DNA of 63,729 bases, filler included, from Dugesia japonica (Eukaryota): NCBI GenBank assembly GCA_001938525.1. It is 6 parts of 6 records of this genome, joined end to end, with 100 filler letters (N's around TTAATTAATTAA, not from the genome) between each part and the next. Parts side by side here need not be neighbours in the genome. Positions count along the whole stretch, not along the records: positions 1 to 8,554 come from MQRL01619792.1; 5 more parts are not named here. One strand, 5' to 3'. The translations under genes were made by a program, and so were the position numbers. This document shows, piece by piece, positions 1 to 8,654 of the stretch (positions are counted from its first letter, which is position 1; each line of letters starts with the position of its first letter). The notes beneath the pieces were generated by a model, which was given only the letters and a program-made list of their open reading frames with translations, ran no database searches and was not told where the DNA came from.

Positions 1-531
1 TTGCCACAAGGAGGAAGATGTGCAATAAAATTAACAAGTTTACCATATAGACCAAGATACATTTTTATTTGTATTAAAAAAACTGATAGTTCATTTGAAA
101 AGAATAATAATTTATTTATCCAAAAATCTAGTACAATTAAAGAAAATGATAAAAAAGAGAAAGAAACAATTTATCATTATATTAACAGTATTCAGTTAAC
201 ATTAAATAATACAAATTATCCTGCTAATGAATGTAAATTTAGTTTGGTGAATAATGAAATGATTTTCCCTTATATGAATTATGTAAATTGTTGTAGAGAA
301 TTTTTATGTGAACCTCAATTATCATTAATGGATTTTAAAAATTTATATCCAATGTTCTGTTTCGATGACAGTGCACAAGATGAAAAATTAGCAGTTAATA
401 ATGTTGATGTAACTTTAAATATTTCAAAAGATCCCCAATTCCAAGGAAGTTTATGTTGGTGNNNNNNNNNNNNNNNNNNNNNNNNNNNNNNNNNNNNNNN
501 NNNNNNNNNNNNNNNNNNNNNNNNNNNTTAA
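1..531 (+). CDS. Major capsid protein (double jelly-roll), C-terminal part
   Basis: PRYIFIC...NYP...EPQLSLMDFKNLYPMFCFD aligns closely with the C-terminal third of 19140..20480; starts before the window and ends in a gap. Confidence 0.85.
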   Translation: MPQGGRCAIKLTSLPYRPRYIFICIKKTDSSFEKNNNLFIQKSSTIKENDKKEKETIYHYINSIQLTLNNTNYPANECKFSLVNNEMIFPYMNYVNCCREFLCEPQLSLMDFKNLYPMFCFDDSAQDEKLAVNNVDVTLNISKDPQFQGSLCWXXXXXXXXXXXXXXXXXXXXXXX

Positions 532-748
532 AGGAACTGATGTTAATAAATAATGTGGTTCTGAAGGAACCGCTGTTTTATCCTTATATTAAAATTCAAA
601 ATGTAAAATGCCGAGTGTTAAATGTTAATATTTAAAATTCAAATCCAAATTAAACAAAAAGGCCCACTACGTGGACCAATTAAAATTCGAATGTAAAATG
701 TAAAATCTAAAATTCAAAAATCTAAAATTCAAAATTAACAATTAATAA

Positions 749-1498
749 ATGACAACAATAAAGTATAAAAAATACATGTGTGAAAATTGTGGTAAAATTN
801 TAATGATGAAAAATAGATCGAGACATTTAGATTTATGTTTAAATAATGTAAAACAGAAACAGTATGGTAAAAAATCTGGAGGCTCCCATAAAGATAAATC
901 TGGAGGAGATCTTCAATCTAGTAAAATTACTTCTACTTTATTAAAACCATTTACAACAGAAAAATATCCAGGTGAAAGACATTTATTTAAACACAATTAC
1001 ACAGGACCAGGAACACGTTTGGACATTCGCCTTCAGGAGAATTCCGAGAGAATCCTAACACCCAAACCTGGAGAAGAACCAATTAATCGAGTTGACGCAG
1101 CAGCATTGAAACATGACATAGCGTATGCATCTAACGAAATACGCGATCGTCATATCACAGATGTAAACCTGATTCATGATTTAAATAATATTCCAGATCC
1201 AACTACTTCAGAAAAAATACAAAGAACTTTAGTAAAATTAGCAATGAAAGGTAAAATAGTAATTGGACAGGCTATTAGAAAGAGTGTTATTAATAAAGAT
1301 ACTATTAATGAAAATGATGAATCTGGGGACGTAGTCCCCTCATTAAATTCTAATAATATAGAACCTAATAATAAACCACTTGTTAATGAACTTCATAAAG
1401 AATATAGAAAACCAAAACATTTCTTAAAAGTAGTAGTTCATAATAAAGATGATATTTGGTCAGCTGATTTAATTTTAACATTAATGAAAAAACAATAA
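749..1498 (+). CDS. C2HC zinc finger + parvovirus-like phospholipase A2 + start of integrase (interrupted after WSADL)
   Basis: CENC-x12-H-x3-C; HNYTGPGT Ca-loop; DAAALKHDIAY catalytic HD; ELHK...DIWSADL first DDE aspartate; collinear with 20503..21933. Confidence 0.88.
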   Translation: MTTIKYKKYMCENCGKIXMMKNRSRHLDLCLNNVKQKQYGKKSGGSHKDKSGGDLQSSKITSTLLKPFTTEKYPGERHLFKHNYTGPGTRLDIRLQENSERILTPKPGEEPINRVDAAALKHDIAYASNEIRDRHITDVNLIHDLNNIPDPTTSEKIQRTLVKLAMKGKIVIGQAIRKSVINKDTINENDESGDVVPSLNSNNIEPNNKPLVNELHKEYRKPKHFLKVVVHNKDDIWSADLILTLMKKQ

Positions 1499-1506
1499 AA
1501 AAATAT

Positions 1507-1914
1507 TTGAATAAATGGAATATTGATTATAATAAAAGACATTGGGATCCATCTAGAAATTTACAAAGAAATTCACATGGAAGTTTTATTTCTGTAATTG
1601 ATCGATTTGAAAAAAATAANNNNNNNNNNNNNNNNNNNNNNNNNNNNNNNNNNNNNNNNNNNNNNNNNNNNNNNNNNNNNNNNNNNNNAAATAACATTAT
1701 AAAAAATAACATTATAAAAAATAACATTATAAAAAATAACATTATAAAAAATAACAGCACTGTTAAAATTAAAGTTGAAAAAAAAGATATTATTAAAAAT
1801 ATTGGCTGTGTTAATAATACTGTTAAAAAAAATAATGGAGATAAATATAATTTTACTGATTTATTTGAAAATATAGTACAAACAGATAATCTTACAATAT
1901 CATCTTTAGAGTAA
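1507..1914 (+). CDS. Unrelated ORF fragment with (NNIIK)n repeat interrupting the integrase; insertion or misassembly
   Basis: 15-nt tandem repeat aaaaataacattata; frame extends upstream as FNINEKTIKKYLNKW (HTH-like); contains and is followed by gaps. Confidence 0.35.
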   Translation: MNKWNIDYNKRHWDPSRNLQRNSHGSFISVIDRFEKNXXXXXXXXXXXXXXXXXXXXXXXXNNIIKNNIIKNNIIKNNIIKNNSTVKIKVEKKDIIKNIGCVNNTVKKNNGDKYNFTDLFENIVQTDNLTISSLE

Positions 1915-2026
1915 TGGTTATGGTAATGGTTATGGTAATGTAAGGTTTATAGTAATGTAAGGTTTATAGTAATGTNNNNNNNNNNNNNNNNNNNNNNNNN
2001 NNNNNNNNNNNNNNNNNNNNNNNNNA

Positions 2027-2551
2027 GGAACAGAATTTTATAATAAACATTTTAAATCTTTTTGTGATGAAAATCAAATAAATTTATATTCAACTGAAAT
2101 TGAAGGCAAGGCAGTAGTTATTGAAAGATTTAACAGAACTCTTAAAAGTAGATTGTTTAAACATTTTACTGCCGTTGGGAATCAAGATATTACATCTGAA
2201 CNATTAAAAGAAATTGTAAATGATTACAACAATACAATCCATTCATCAATAAAAGTAACACCCCAGGCAGCATCAATGAATCCAGAAATTATCCGGATTC
2301 AGAATGAAAAAAATATGACTGAAAATTATGATTTAAAGGAAAAAGCAAAATTTATGATTGGGGATCGGGTAAGGATTTTTATTATCAAGAAAACATTTGC
2401 AAAGAGTTATACTTTAAAATGGTCAAAGAGAATTTATATTGTTACTAAAATTTATAAAACAAAACCATACACATACCAAGTCAGTAATTTAAATGGTGAA
2501 GAAATTGTTGGAAGATTTTATAGTAATGAACTTCAGAAAACTAATTATTAA
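2027..2551 (+). CDS. Retroviral-type (rve) integrase, C-terminal half, element A
   Basis: Open frame from the gap: GTEFYNKHF...KAVVIERFNRTLK...YNNTIHSSIKVTP...FMIGDRVRI...GRFYSNELQK. Confidence 0.88.
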   Translation, partial: GTEFYNKHFKSFCDENQINLYSTEIEGKAVVIERFNRTLKSRLFKHFTAVGNQDITSEXLKEIVNDYNNTIHSSIKVTPQAASMNPEIIRIQNEKNMTENYDLKEKAKFMIGDRVRIFIIKKTFAKSYTLKWSKRIYIVTKIYKTKPYTYQVSNLNGEEIVGRFYSNELQKTNY

Positions 2552-2699
2552 ATTTTAAATGTTAAATCTAAATATTAAATCTAAGTGTGTCATTCCTAAA
2601 CGATTAATCGTATTAGAATGACACATTAAAATCTAAAATCTAGGATTAACCCAAAGGGACCCAAAAGCCTGCTACGCAGGCATAATTTTTTATAATAAA

Positions 2700-2897
2700 A
2701 TGGATTCAGAGTATTGTTTAGAGATTCAAACACAAATAATAATACTAAAAGAAAAAATATTAGAATGTAATAATGAAGAACTTAATTCTCTTGAATGGAA
2801 ATTAGAAGGATTAATGGAAGAAATAAGAGAACTATTAGCAGAAAAAAATATTACAAGTTTGGCATATGAATCTTATAGAGCTATGGAAAATGATTAA
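2700..2897 (+). CDS. Small acidic coiled-coil hypothetical protein
   Basis: ATG in aaaATG context; flanked by GC hairpins at 2667 and 2901. Confidence 0.55.
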   Translation: MDSEYCLEIQTQIIILKEKILECNNEELNSLEWKLEGLMEEIRELLAEKNITSLAYESYRAMEND

Positions 2898-2996
2898 AAT
2901 AGGAAACGAAGTTTCCTTTGGGGTTAATGTTAATAAGTAAAAATCCAAATCCAAAAATCCAAATATTTTTTATAATTAAAATTCATATCTTAGAAA

Positions 2997-3242
2997 ATGG
3001 TAACCTTTTTTGAAAATAATTTTAATCAGTTAGATTTTATTATTATTGATGAAATTAATCAAGTTGAAATAACTTTTTCCGAGATTGATGATTATTATGA
3101 AGAAATTAAAGAAGAATTAATTTCAATTGGGAAAGATTATGATTATTATCGTTATGTAAAATTAACAAAAAAATTACTGGAAAAATTTCACCAGCGAAGC
3201 AAGCTTATTAAAATCCAAGAAATATTAAATTTTAAATATTAA
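2997..3242 (+). CDS. Small acidic hypothetical protein
   Basis: ORF between integrase and ATPase with aaaATG start. Confidence 0.55.
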   Translation: MVTFFENNFNQLDFIIIDEINQVEITFSEIDDYYEEIKEELISIGKDYDYYRYVKLTKKLLEKFHQRSKLIKIQEILNFKY

Positions 3243-3257
3243 ATACTAGTAATAAAA

Positions 3258-4019
3258 ATGGCTTATGCTTCACAAGTACCAAATCTTATATGGAATAAAA
3301 ACATTACATATTTTAATAATAAAGTTTTACCAAATAATTTTAGATTATTAATTATTGGGTCGTCTGGATGTGGGAAAAATGTACTGTTAATGAAAATGTT
3401 ATTAATACCCGATTTCCTCGATTATGATAATTTAATAATTTACTCTACAACAATAAATCAATTTGAAATACAATTACTTTATATTGGTTTTGAAAATGGA
3501 TTAACTAAAAAAGAAATAATTTCAATGTTTCAAAATCAACATTTAGTTCCTGAATCTTGTATAACTCCATATCAAGTTTATGATTTTTATATTTCTAAAA
3601 AAATGATAACTAAAAAACCAAGATCCATTAATGTTACTTTAAGTAATAAACCAAATGAAATTATTTCTTGTGATAAACTTTCAAAGGATAAGAAAAATTT
3701 AATAATCTTTGATGATGTGGTTAATGAGAAAAATCAAGAANNNNNNNNNNNNNNNNNNNNNNNNNNNNNNNNNNNNNNNNNNNNNNNNNNNNNNNNNNNN
3801 NNNNNNNNNNNNNNNNNNNNNNNNNNNNNNNNNNNNNNNNNNNNNNNNNNNNNNNNNNNNNNNNNNNNNNNNNNNNNNNNNNNNNNNNNNNNNNNNNNNN
3901 NNNNNNNNNNNNNNNNNNNNNAGTATGATCACGAAGTTAATCTTCACTGGAAGACCAAGTATAATTATTTTTATTTAAATAAAGAAAGTGATGAATTGTT
4001 AGATGATTTATTTGATTAA
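3258..4019 (+). CDS. FtsK-HerA/A32-like genome packaging ATPase
   Basis: Walker A GSSGCGKN, Walker B LIIFDD; homologous to 22187..23002; internal gap. Confidence 0.92.
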   Translation: MAYASQVPNLIWNKNITYFNNKVLPNNFRLLIIGSSGCGKNVLLMKMLLIPDFLDYDNLIIYSTTINQFEIQLLYIGFENGLTKKEIISMFQNQHLVPESCITPYQVYDFYISKKMITKKPRSINVTLSNKPNEIISCDKLSKDKKNLIIFDDVVNEKNQEXXXXXXXXXXXXXXXXXXXXXXXXXXXXXXXXXXXXXXXXXXXXXXXXXXXXXXXXXXXXXYDHEVNLHWKTKYNYFYLNKESDELLDDLFD

Positions 4020-4030
4020 ATATTTGCTGA

Positions 4031-4160
4031 AATCCAAATGTTAAATCCAAATGTTAAATCCAAATGTTAAAATCCAAATGTTAAATCCAAATGTTAAAAT
4101 CCAAATGTTAAATCCAAATGTTAAATCCAAATGTTAAATCCAAATGTTAAAATCCAAAAA
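4031..4160. repeat. Tandem 13-14-nt repeat (aaatccaaatgtt[a]) between convergent genes
   Basis: About nine copies read directly. Confidence 0.9.
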
Positions 4161-4190
4161 TTGGGTCCCTTTGGGGTTAAAATCCAAAAT

Positions 4191-5129
4191 CTATTCTAAA
4201 GCATTAGTTTCACCTTGAGTTATTGCAGTAAATTTACTTTGTAAAACACTTTTTACCTCTGGGAAATTATTTTGAATTTTAGTGAATGACCAATTTGATT
4301 TTAAAATTTGTGGGTAATCTAATGCCAATTTAGTAAATTTAATCATTTTGTTTACATAATTAATTTTATATCTTATTCCAAGATTTTCTAAATTATCTTC
4401 AAAATCTTTAGAAGTTTCAAATTTATTTTTCATTTTTTCTAATGTTAAACCCAACTTTGCAGTATTAACTAAAGTGTATTTATTAATTGTTAATATTTTA
4501 GAATATCTTTTTTGTGCATCAATATTTAATTCTTTTAATTCCTCATCATCACTATCATCACTATCACTATCATCACTATCACTATTATGTTTTTTATCTT
4601 TTATTGCTAATTGATTAATTTTAGGAATTACATTAACCAGTGATTTTTCAAAACTTTTTTTAGCATTTTCAACTTCCAGTTCTTTTTGTTTAGTTTTAAA
4701 AAGTTTAATTGTATACTTATCCAGCATATTATATTTTTTTAACTCATCTCTAACTTTAAAAGCGTCTCCTTGATTTCTTACAAGATATTCACCTTCATCT
4801 GGCATTACTTGAATATCAACTGAGTCATCTGAAGAAAGTCTACTTCTATAAGCATAAGGTTTATCCATTTCTGGATCATAATTGTAAAGTGATTTATTTG
4901 GTTGAGATTTTGATTGTTTAGGACTTGTTCTATTATGACTTGATTTTTTATGACTTGATTTTTTATGACTTGTTCTATTATGACTTGTTCTTTCATTACT
5001 TGTTCTTTCATGATTTGATTTTTTCTTTTTATTCTCTTCTTTATATTTATCAAAGAAACAATTTTTTTCACCGACCCTAACCCATTTTTTATAAAGATCA
5101 TCCATTTTCTCTAGAAACAATTTAATCAT
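4191..5129 (-). CDS. Hypothetical protein with low-complexity N-terminus and helical C-terminal domain shared with 23149..23559
   Basis: SKDFEDNLENLGIRYKINYVNKMIKFTKL...SFTKIQNNF vs SKDFIKYXKKIGINFSTNYINKLIRFSKL...TFSMITNNF. Confidence 0.75.
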   Translation of the reverse strand: MIKLFLEKMDDLYKKWVRVGEKNCFFDKYKEENKKKKSNHERTSNERTSHNRTSHKKSSHKKSSHNRTSPKQSKSQPNKSLYNYDPEMDKPYAYRSRLSSDDSVDIQVMPDEGEYLVRNQGDAFKVRDELKKYNMLDKYTIKLFKTKQKELEVENAKKSFEKSLVNVIPKINQLAIKDKKHNSDSDDSDSDDSDDEELKELNIDAQKRYSKILTINKYTLVNTAKLGLTLEKMKNKFETSKDFEDNLENLGIRYKINYVNKMIKFTKLALDYPQILKSNWSFTKIQNNFPEVKSVLQSKFTAITQGETNALE

Positions 5130-5150
5130 ACGATTGTTCCGATCGGAACA

Positions 5151-5558
5151 TTAAAAATCTAATTCCAAATCATTAAGAGCTCTTTCAATTTCGGATTCAT
5201 ATTCATNNNNNNNNNNNNNNNNNNNNNNNNNNNNNNNNNNNNNNNNNNNNNNNNNNNNNNNNNNNNNNNNNNNNNNNNNNNNNNNNNNNNNNNNNNNNNN
5301 NNNNNNNNNNNNNNNNNNNNNNNNNNNNNNNNNNNNNNNNNNNNNNNNNNNNNNNNNNNNNNNNATTCCATATCCATTTTCACATTCAAATATTGATCCA
5401 TAATAATTCATATTTTTTTTATTTTTCATTTCACCAATAATTCTTATTACATCAATTAAATTATTTTTAAAATGTTTAAAAAAATAATCATTATCATCTT
5501 GTGGTAATAATGATATTTCAATTACTGCTTCATTTAAAATATTAATAAGAGCATCCAT
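5151..5558 (-). CDS. Hypothetical protein (gapped)
   Basis: ORF spanning an N gap; frame across the gap uncertain. Confidence 0.5.
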   Translation of the reverse strand: MDALINILNEAVIEISLLPQDDNDYFFKHFKNNLIDVIRIIGEMKNKKNMNYYGSIFECENGYGXXXXXXXXXXXXXXXXXXXXXXXXXXXXXXXXXXXXXXXXXXXXXXXXXXXXXXEYESEIERALNDLELDF

Positions 5559-5758
5559 TATTCTTATGTTACTATGCTATTACTTTACTATGCTATTTAT
5601 TCTAATAAAATTATGGCAGCGAAGCTTCCTTTATTAATGTTAAATGCTGAATGTTAAATGCGATTAATCGCACTTAGGTTTCGCATTTACATTTCGCACT
5701 TAGGTTTCGCATTTACATTTTGCATTTACATTTCGCACTAAAATCTAAGATTAATAAA

Positions 5759-6220
5759 ATGACAGATTATAATTTAATAGATTTCCTAAAAACTTTTGGA
5801 ATTAATACAACTACAAATTTTGATTTATATTCAATAGCAGATTTTTTAAATTTAGATTTGGAAATTTGTATGAAGAATGAAATTTTAAAGTTAAATGGGG
5901 AGCATGCTCCCCTTGTAAATAATACAAATGAGAATGGTAAACCGTTCCCCCAAAATTATATCTTTAATTATCAAAATCAAAATCAAAAAGGAACACATTG
6001 GACATGTTTTTCTAATGGATTTTATTTTGATTCTTTTGGATTAAAACCATTAGAAAATATTGAAAAATATACCAAGAAATATAACGAAATTCAGGTTCAA
6101 CATTTTGGTACGAGAATATGTGGAATTTTATGCATTTATTTTTTATACAAGATTTCACATGTTGGGTTTAATGATATTATTTCGGAAATGAAAAAATTAT
6201 ATGATTTAATAAAGAATTAG
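5759..6220 (+). CDS. Adenain-like cysteine maturation protease
   Basis: GTHW, FYFDSFG, Q...CGILC catalytic H/D/Q/C motifs; start MTDYNL chosen by alignment with element B. Confidence 0.92.
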   Translation: MTDYNLIDFLKTFGINTTTNFDLYSIADFLNLDLEICMKNEILKLNGEHAPLVNNTNENGKPFPQNYIFNYQNQNQKGTHWTCFSNGFYFDSFGLKPLENIEKYTKKYNEIQVQHFGTRICGILCIYFLYKISHVGFNDIISEMKKLYDLIKN

Positions 6221-6390
6221 TCTGCGAAGCAGGCCTGTTTAATCTTAAATATTAGTATTTAAATCTAAAATCCTAATACAATTAATCGTATCGGAATTTA
6301 ACATTTAAATTTGAGATTTAACATTAACATTTGAGATTTAACAAATAAAGGAAGCTTCGCTTCCTAATATTATTATTATAAAAATAGGCT

Positions 6391-8196
6391 ATGAATAAAT
6401 TTGGGCAAACTAAAAGAAATATAAATTCAAGACAAATATTAAAAAAAGTTGATGCTAAGATATTAATTTCAGAATCTAAAAATGAAAATAAATTTGTTAA
6501 TGAAACTGGAGATACAATAAAATCTTTAAAAATATTAGAAGATCCTATACAACCCAATGATGCTGTTAATTTACAATACATTAAAAAGTTAGAAGATAAG
6601 TTAGCAAAGTTAGAAAAGTTAGAAAAGTTAGAAGATAAGTTAGCAAAGTTAGAAAATAAGTTAGAAAATAAGTTATTTGAGATAATTAATGAAAATAATA
6701 ATCTTAAAAAACATGATAAAATTAATAATGAAATTAAAAAAATAAGAGTAGAAATATTTCCATATAAAAAAACGGATTTAATAAATAAAACAATTGAATT
6801 CCAACCATTACATTCACACCAAATATTAGGAAAAAGAATTGTAGATTTATTAAATAAAATTAATCTTTCGGATGATGATATGGATAAGAAAACTTTTGAT
6901 AAATTTTTATCAGATATTGAAGAATTTAAAAATAAAATAAAATCTTATGAAATGGAGATTGATCCTTTAATCAAAGAATTTGAAAGAATAAAAAATCAGA
7001 TGCACGAAATCGAGACTAAGAAAATTAATACTTTAATTCAAGAATTTAGAAAAAGTAAATCTGAATCTGCTTTGTATAAATTAAAACAAATAATTTATAA
7101 TTATTTTCCATTACTTGATAAAACAAATAATAATATTGGTGAAATATTTTTCTTAATCCATATAAATCCAAATCCACACCCATTTTTGGGTTTTAATAAT
7201 CTTATAACTAATTATGAATTTAGAAGAAATGGAGAACTTATTTTAACAGGTGATAATACAAAAATTTGGGTTAGTAAAGAGCCTTTAATAATTGTTTTAT
7301 ATGCAAGTTTTCCTAAACTTTTAAATATTAAAATTAAGGGTTATGATTTTTTACAAGTTAAAGTTCATGAATTTATTATACAAATTAATGGTGTTGAAAA
7401 GAAATTAAAATATAAGCTTGCTCCAAGATTTACTTTTTTTGAAACAATAAATTCAATTACTCCTCCACAAGTTATTAAAATAATATTACCAGCACATTAT
7501 TCTTTTGAAGAATTAATTGTGAAAAGTGGAATTAGTGAAAAAGATAAATTATTATTAGAATTTGAAAAAATAAAATCACTTCTTCACAAAAGTTATTTTC
7601 AAACTCTTGATAATTTAATCAAAGAATATAGTGGAAATAAAGATGAAAATAGTTATACAAAAATAAAAAACATGGTTGAAAACTATTTAGTATATTTCGA
7701 TATTAAAGATTTAATACAACCAAAATATATGAAAACTGTAATTTTTATTGTTGGTGTTACTGAAAAAAATAGAAATCTTCCAGGGTTTTCATTTTCAAAT
7801 CCAGTTGGTGGCAATGTATTTACATTTAATTTTAAAAGAAACACAAAAAAGATAATTGGAACAGAAATTTTATTTTTTTATCTTATAGATCCTTTTGAAA
7901 TTGAAATAACTGGATATTTTATTCAACCCATTTATTTTATATTTAGAGGATATTATAAAAAAGGTGAATTTGAAATTTGTATACAATTTGATTCTCAAGA
8001 CAAAAGAATATTTAAATATACTCACTCTACTAATAATTATATTAATATTTTCAAATCAAGTTCAAATGTTTTAATAACGAGAGATCCAATTAAAAAAATA
8101 AAAATAGAAATTACAAACAATATTTACTTGAATAGTATTGTAATTATGAAAGATGAAAAATTGGCAAAAGATTTTCATTCACATTTTATTCTTTAA
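6391..8196 (+). CDS. Putative fibre/receptor-binding protein, 601 aa
   Basis: FVNETGDT...DP...DAVNLQYI motif typical of viral fibre/stalk proteins, a coiled coil, then two ~195-aa tandem modules; function inferred. Confidence 0.65.
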   Translation: MNKFGQTKRNINSRQILKKVDAKILISESKNENKFVNETGDTIKSLKILEDPIQPNDAVNLQYIKKLEDKLAKLEKLEKLEDKLAKLENKLENKLFEIINENNNLKKHDKINNEIKKIRVEIFPYKKTDLINKTIEFQPLHSHQILGKRIVDLLNKINLSDDDMDKKTFDKFLSDIEEFKNKIKSYEMEIDPLIKEFERIKNQMHEIETKKINTLIQEFRKSKSESALYKLKQIIYNYFPLLDKTNNNIGEIFFLIHINPNPHPFLGFNNLITNYEFRRNGELILTGDNTKIWVSKEPLIIVLYASFPKLLNIKIKGYDFLQVKVHEFIIQINGVEKKLKYKLAPRFTFFETINSITPPQVIKIILPAHYSFEELIVKSGISEKDKLLLEFEKIKSLLHKSYFQTLDNLIKEYSGNKDENSYTKIKNMVENYLVYFDIKDLIQPKYMKTVIFIVGVTEKNRNLPGFSFSNPVGGNVFTFNFKRNTKKIIGTEILFFYLIDPFEIEITGYFIQPIYFIFRGYYKKGEFEICIQFDSQDKRIFKYTHSTNNYINIFKSSSNVLITRDPIKKIKIEITNNIYLNSIVIMKDEKLAKDFHSHFIL

Positions 8197-8198
8197 AA

Positions 8199-8554
8199 AT
8201 GAATGAAGAAAGTTTATATCCAAATTTAGATGAGAGTAAAAACTTTACAATTTTAGATTTAAAAAATAAATTAGCATTATCTAGGGTTAAGGATTTTGAG
8301 AATGATTTATTCTTTATAAAAGATAAAATTAATCATTATAAAAAAATTCATAGAAGATGNAATAGAATTGATTCAAGTATTAAAATTACACAAATAGTAG
8401 TTTCTGCAGGAATTGGGATTGCCGGTGTCATTTTGATTGCCCCAATTGGAGTGCCTTTGGCAACAATCAGAATTCCTATTTTGACTGGGGCAATTTCAGT
8501 CCTGCCTGTAATAGGGACAATAAATTCATCAGTAATAAAAAGTAGAAAAGAGAG
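8199..8554 (+). CDS. Polinton membrane protein (GasderminX/PW-like), 3' truncated
   Basis: LYPNL N-terminus, coiled coil, Gly-rich hydrophobic hairpin; homologous to 23838..24430; family name from recollection. Confidence 0.65.
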
Positions 8555-8654
8555 NNNNNNNNNNNNNNNNNNNNNNNNNNNNNNNNNNNNNNNNNNNNTT
8601 AATTAATTAANNNNNNNNNNNNNNNNNNNNNNNNNNNNNNNNNNNNNNNNNNNN
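8555..8654. other. Artificial contig spacer
   Basis: 44 N + TTAATTAATTAA (stops in six frames) + 44 N. Confidence 0.97.

Larger units (their letters stand above)
1..8554 (+). mobile_element. Polinton/Maverick (adintovirus-like) element A, partial, truncated at both ends
   Basis: Cluster of major capsid C-terminus, PLA2-integrase, packaging ATPase, adenain, fibre-like and membrane protein, each homologous to a gene in 17837..30767. Confidence 0.93.

Noticed and set aside
3741-3921. Gaps at similar positions in paralogous genes of A and B
   Set aside because: Likely assembly breaks at multicopy sequence, not biology
4031-4160. CRISPR-like appearance of intergenic arrays (also 17888, 23626)
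   Set aside because: Head-to-tail repeats without unique spacers; no cas genes
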